A stretch of 64,000 nt of DNA from an uncultured Chloroflexia bacterium (GTDB taxonomy: Bacteria > Chloroflexota > Limnocylindria > QHBO01), in NCBI GenBank assembly GCA_963789435.1, contig CAWBKO010000001.1, positions 174,417 to 238,416 of the forward strand. The letters run 5' to 3'. This document shows positions 61,771-64,000 of this stretch, in pieces. Positions within the stretch are counted from its first letter, which is position 1. Each line of letters starts with the position of its first letter. The position numbers were made by a program, and so were the translations under genes. The notes below the pieces were generated by a model. The model saw only the letters and a program-made list of their open reading frames with translations. It searched no databases and was not told the origin of the DNA.

Positions 61771-63390
61771 TCACGACCGATGGATCTCCTGCCCGTCGAC
61801 GATGGTCAGGTCAGATCGGACCGTCGCCAGCGCATCATCGGCCCGCTGCAGCGCCTCCAGGCTTGCCGTCAGTACCGCGAGGTCGGCGCGCGCACCGACG
61901 CGCAGGTGCCCCTCGTCAGGGGCCCCGATCGTCAGCGCCGGGGCGAGCGTGTACGCCGACAGCGCCTCCGCGAAGGTCAGCGCCTGGGTCGGTCGCCAGT
62001 CCGCCCGCGCGTCCGAGGGGAGGCGGCGGTGGACGGCCGCGAAGATGCCGAGCCACGGGTTGACCGATTCGACCGGCGCATCGGAGCCGGCCGCGAGGAG
62101 CGCACCCTCCGAGGCAAGCGATCGCCAGGCATACGCGTCGGCCTGGCGCCCGTCCCAGCGCGCCTCCACCAGGTCTCGATCGGCCGCCGCGTGGATCGGC
62201 TGGAAGCTGGCGACCACGCCAAGTGGGGCAAACCGTCTTCGCGTCCGAGGGCCGCAGCAGCTGCGCGTGCTCGATCCGGTCGCGCGGGACGCCGGCACCG
62301 CGCGCGCCGGCGCGCTCGACCGCGTCGAGGACGAAGGCGACGGCCCGGTCGCCGATGGCGTGCATCGCCATGCCGATCCCGGCCGCGCGCGCCGCAGCGA
62401 TGTCCGCGTCGAGCCGTTCGGCGGTGATGCGCATGATGCCGGCGTCGCCCTCCGCGCGTGAAGAGGGCGGCCGTGCCGGAGCCCAGCGCGCCGTCGGTGT
62501 AGTGCTTGGCCCACCCGAAGCGCATCGTGCGGCGGCCGTCCAGCATGGCCCCGGTGCGGAGCGCGCGCGACGCGGCGGCGGCGATCGCGTCGGCCGGGAT
62601 GCCGATGCTGAGGCGCAGCCGGCCGTCCACCAGGTGCGCCGAGGTCGGTCAACGAGGAGTACGAGTCGCCGAGCGGCGCGTCGTCCCCGACCCCGTTCTC
62701 GTCGGTGTAGTCGCCCGCCTCGGAGGCCCCGGTGATCCCGAGCGACGAGAGCTCGCCGATCGCGGCGTCGAGCGGATCCTCCAGCGCGGCACCCTGCAGG
62801 CGGGTGACGAGCGGAGCGACCAGGTCGAGCGCGCGCTCGCGCAGAATCCCGGTCGGATCGCCGCGCCCATCGCGCTCGATCCGTCCGCCGGCAGGATCGG
62901 GGGTCGTGCGGTCCAGGCCCGCGCGGCGACGGGCGGCCGCCGACGCCCACGCCGAATGGCCGTCGTGGCTCATCAGGAAGGCCGCTCGATCGCCGACAGC
63001 CGCTTCCAGGAGCGCCTCGCCACCGGCAAGCTGGGCGTCCTTCCAGCCACGGCCACCGATCCACTCATCGGGAGGGGTGCGTGCTGCCGCCTCCGACAGG
63101 CGGGCGGCCATCTCGCCCGGGTCGAGTGCGTCGTCGAGGAGAACCTGTCGCCGTGCGCGCGCCAGCCCAACGAGGTGGAGATGGAAGTCGTGGATGCCCG
63201 GGAATGACGGCGGCATCGCCTACGTCGACGACGCGCGCTCCGGGAGTGACGGTGATCTCGTCGCGGCGGCCGACGGCCACCACCCGCCCGTCCGCGATCC
63301 CGATCGCCTCCGCGACCTCGAGCCCACCGGGATTCGCGGCCACCACGACCGATCCGCGGATGACGAGCTCGACGGCGGGGCGGCTCACGG
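61771..63390 (-). CDS. Second amidohydrolase-3 family (YtcJ-like) metal-dependent hydrolase, with several frameshifts. GTG start ~63390
   Basis: ELVIRGSVVVAANPGG, VIPGIHDFHLHL, WIGGRGW, FLMSHDGHSAWASAAA, AMHAIGDRAV, DRIEHAQL, LAAGSDAPVESVNPWLGIFAAV. Confidence 0.75.
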
Positions 63391-64000
63391 CTCCGGTCGG
63401 CGGGCGGCCCGCGGCGTCTGCACGAAATCGGCGGGCCCGCTGCCGAGCGCGATGCGCAGCAGCGCGACCGGCACGACGACGAGCCAGTGCGACAGGAAGA
63501 GCGCGCCGCGGGTGGCCCGGCCCAGGAGCGTGAACCCACGCTCCCCCACCGCCCAGAGCCCCGCCAGCGCCAGCAGGAACACGCCGAGCCCATAGCCGAT
63601 GAAGAGCGAGACCGGCACCGTCCAGTCCGCCGGCCGCGGCATCGGGATCGTGACCAGCGAGGCGATGATCGCGGCGACGAACAGCGGCGGGATGAGGAAC
63701 TCGCCGGTGAAGGCCAGGAAGTCGGCCTTCCGGCTCCACGGCTCGGAGCCGGCCAGGAGGCCGGGACCGTGCTCGAGCAACCTTCGCAGGCTGCCCTCCG
63801 CCCAGCGCAACCGCTGGCGCCACAGCGCATCGAGCCCTTCGACCGCCTCCTCCCCCACCTCGGCCTCGGGGGCCAGTGTCACGTGGCGGCCGTAGGCGGA
63901 CATGCGGGTCGAAAGCTCGAGATCTTCCGTCACGGCGCGAGCGCTCCAGCCGCCCGAAGCCTCGAGCGCCGCTCGCCGCACGAACATCCCGTTACCGCGC
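63385..64000 (-). CDS. Family-2 glycosyltransferase, C-terminal part (partial, runs off the window end)
   Basis: VTEDLELSTR (TED) and LWRQRLRWAEG (QxxRW), followed by TM helices FLIPPLFVAAIIASLV, VSLFIGYGLGVFLLALAGLWAV. Confidence 0.65.
   Translation of the reverse strand, partial: RGNGMFVRRAALEASGGWSARAVTEDLELSTRMSAYGRHVTLAPEAEVGEEAVEGLDALWRQRLRWAEGSLRRLLEHGPGLLAGSEPWSRKADFLAFTGEFLIPPLFVAAIIASLVTIPMPRPADWTVPVSLFIGYGLGVFLLALAGLWAVGERGFTLLGRATRGALFLSHWLVVVPVALLRIALGSGPADFVQTPRAARRPEP

Overview
This is a high-GC (about 70%) chromosomal window with deep-actinobacterial or Chloroflexi-like features: cofactor F420 enzymes, a paa operon, MutS2 and multidomain LigD. I cannot pin the taxon. Most of it is core housekeeping and metabolic genes. 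The longest block runs 9.3-20.7 kb on the minus strand: thrS, two small F420/VOC genes, infC-rpmI-rplT, an intrinsic terminator, then pheS-pheT-cvpA-mpg-mutS2. Other recognisable genes include tyrS, a class A PBP, an EF-G paralog, paaABCD, ligD, pdxH, msrB, ltaE and rbsK. The accessory content includes a BcsA-like GT2-PilZ glycosyltransferase, a SUOX-family molybdoenzyme, a GH2 lipoprotein, two YtcJ-like amidohydrolases, a WYL regulator, a cupredoxin lipoprotein and a truncated hemoglobin. One tRNA-Val(GAC) at 59561-59637 sits inside a lower-GC islet (about 56.5-61.4 kb) of small hypothetical ORFs. Most conserved genes longer than about 600 bp are broken by single-base frameshifts. Several lie in homopolymers, and they hit essential genes such as pheST, tyrS, rplT and the EF-G paralog. 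I read this as uncorrected sequencing or assembly indels rather than real pseudogenes, so many CDS coordinates are approximate. The most interesting candidate is an Rgg/RNPP-like cassette at 40319-41923. It pairs an XRE-HTH plus TPR regulator with a divergently encoded 41-aa pre-peptide that has the strongest ribosome-binding site in the window. Other points worth a second look: a non-AUG infC start; a TACA..TGT palindrome upstream of the cupredoxin gene; a small TM peptide translationally coupled to a 74-aa ORF; divergent paralogous Cys-motif mini-proteins beside the tRNA; and a GH2 lipoprotein with a C-terminal TM bundle. I found no CRISPR array, transposase or integrase.
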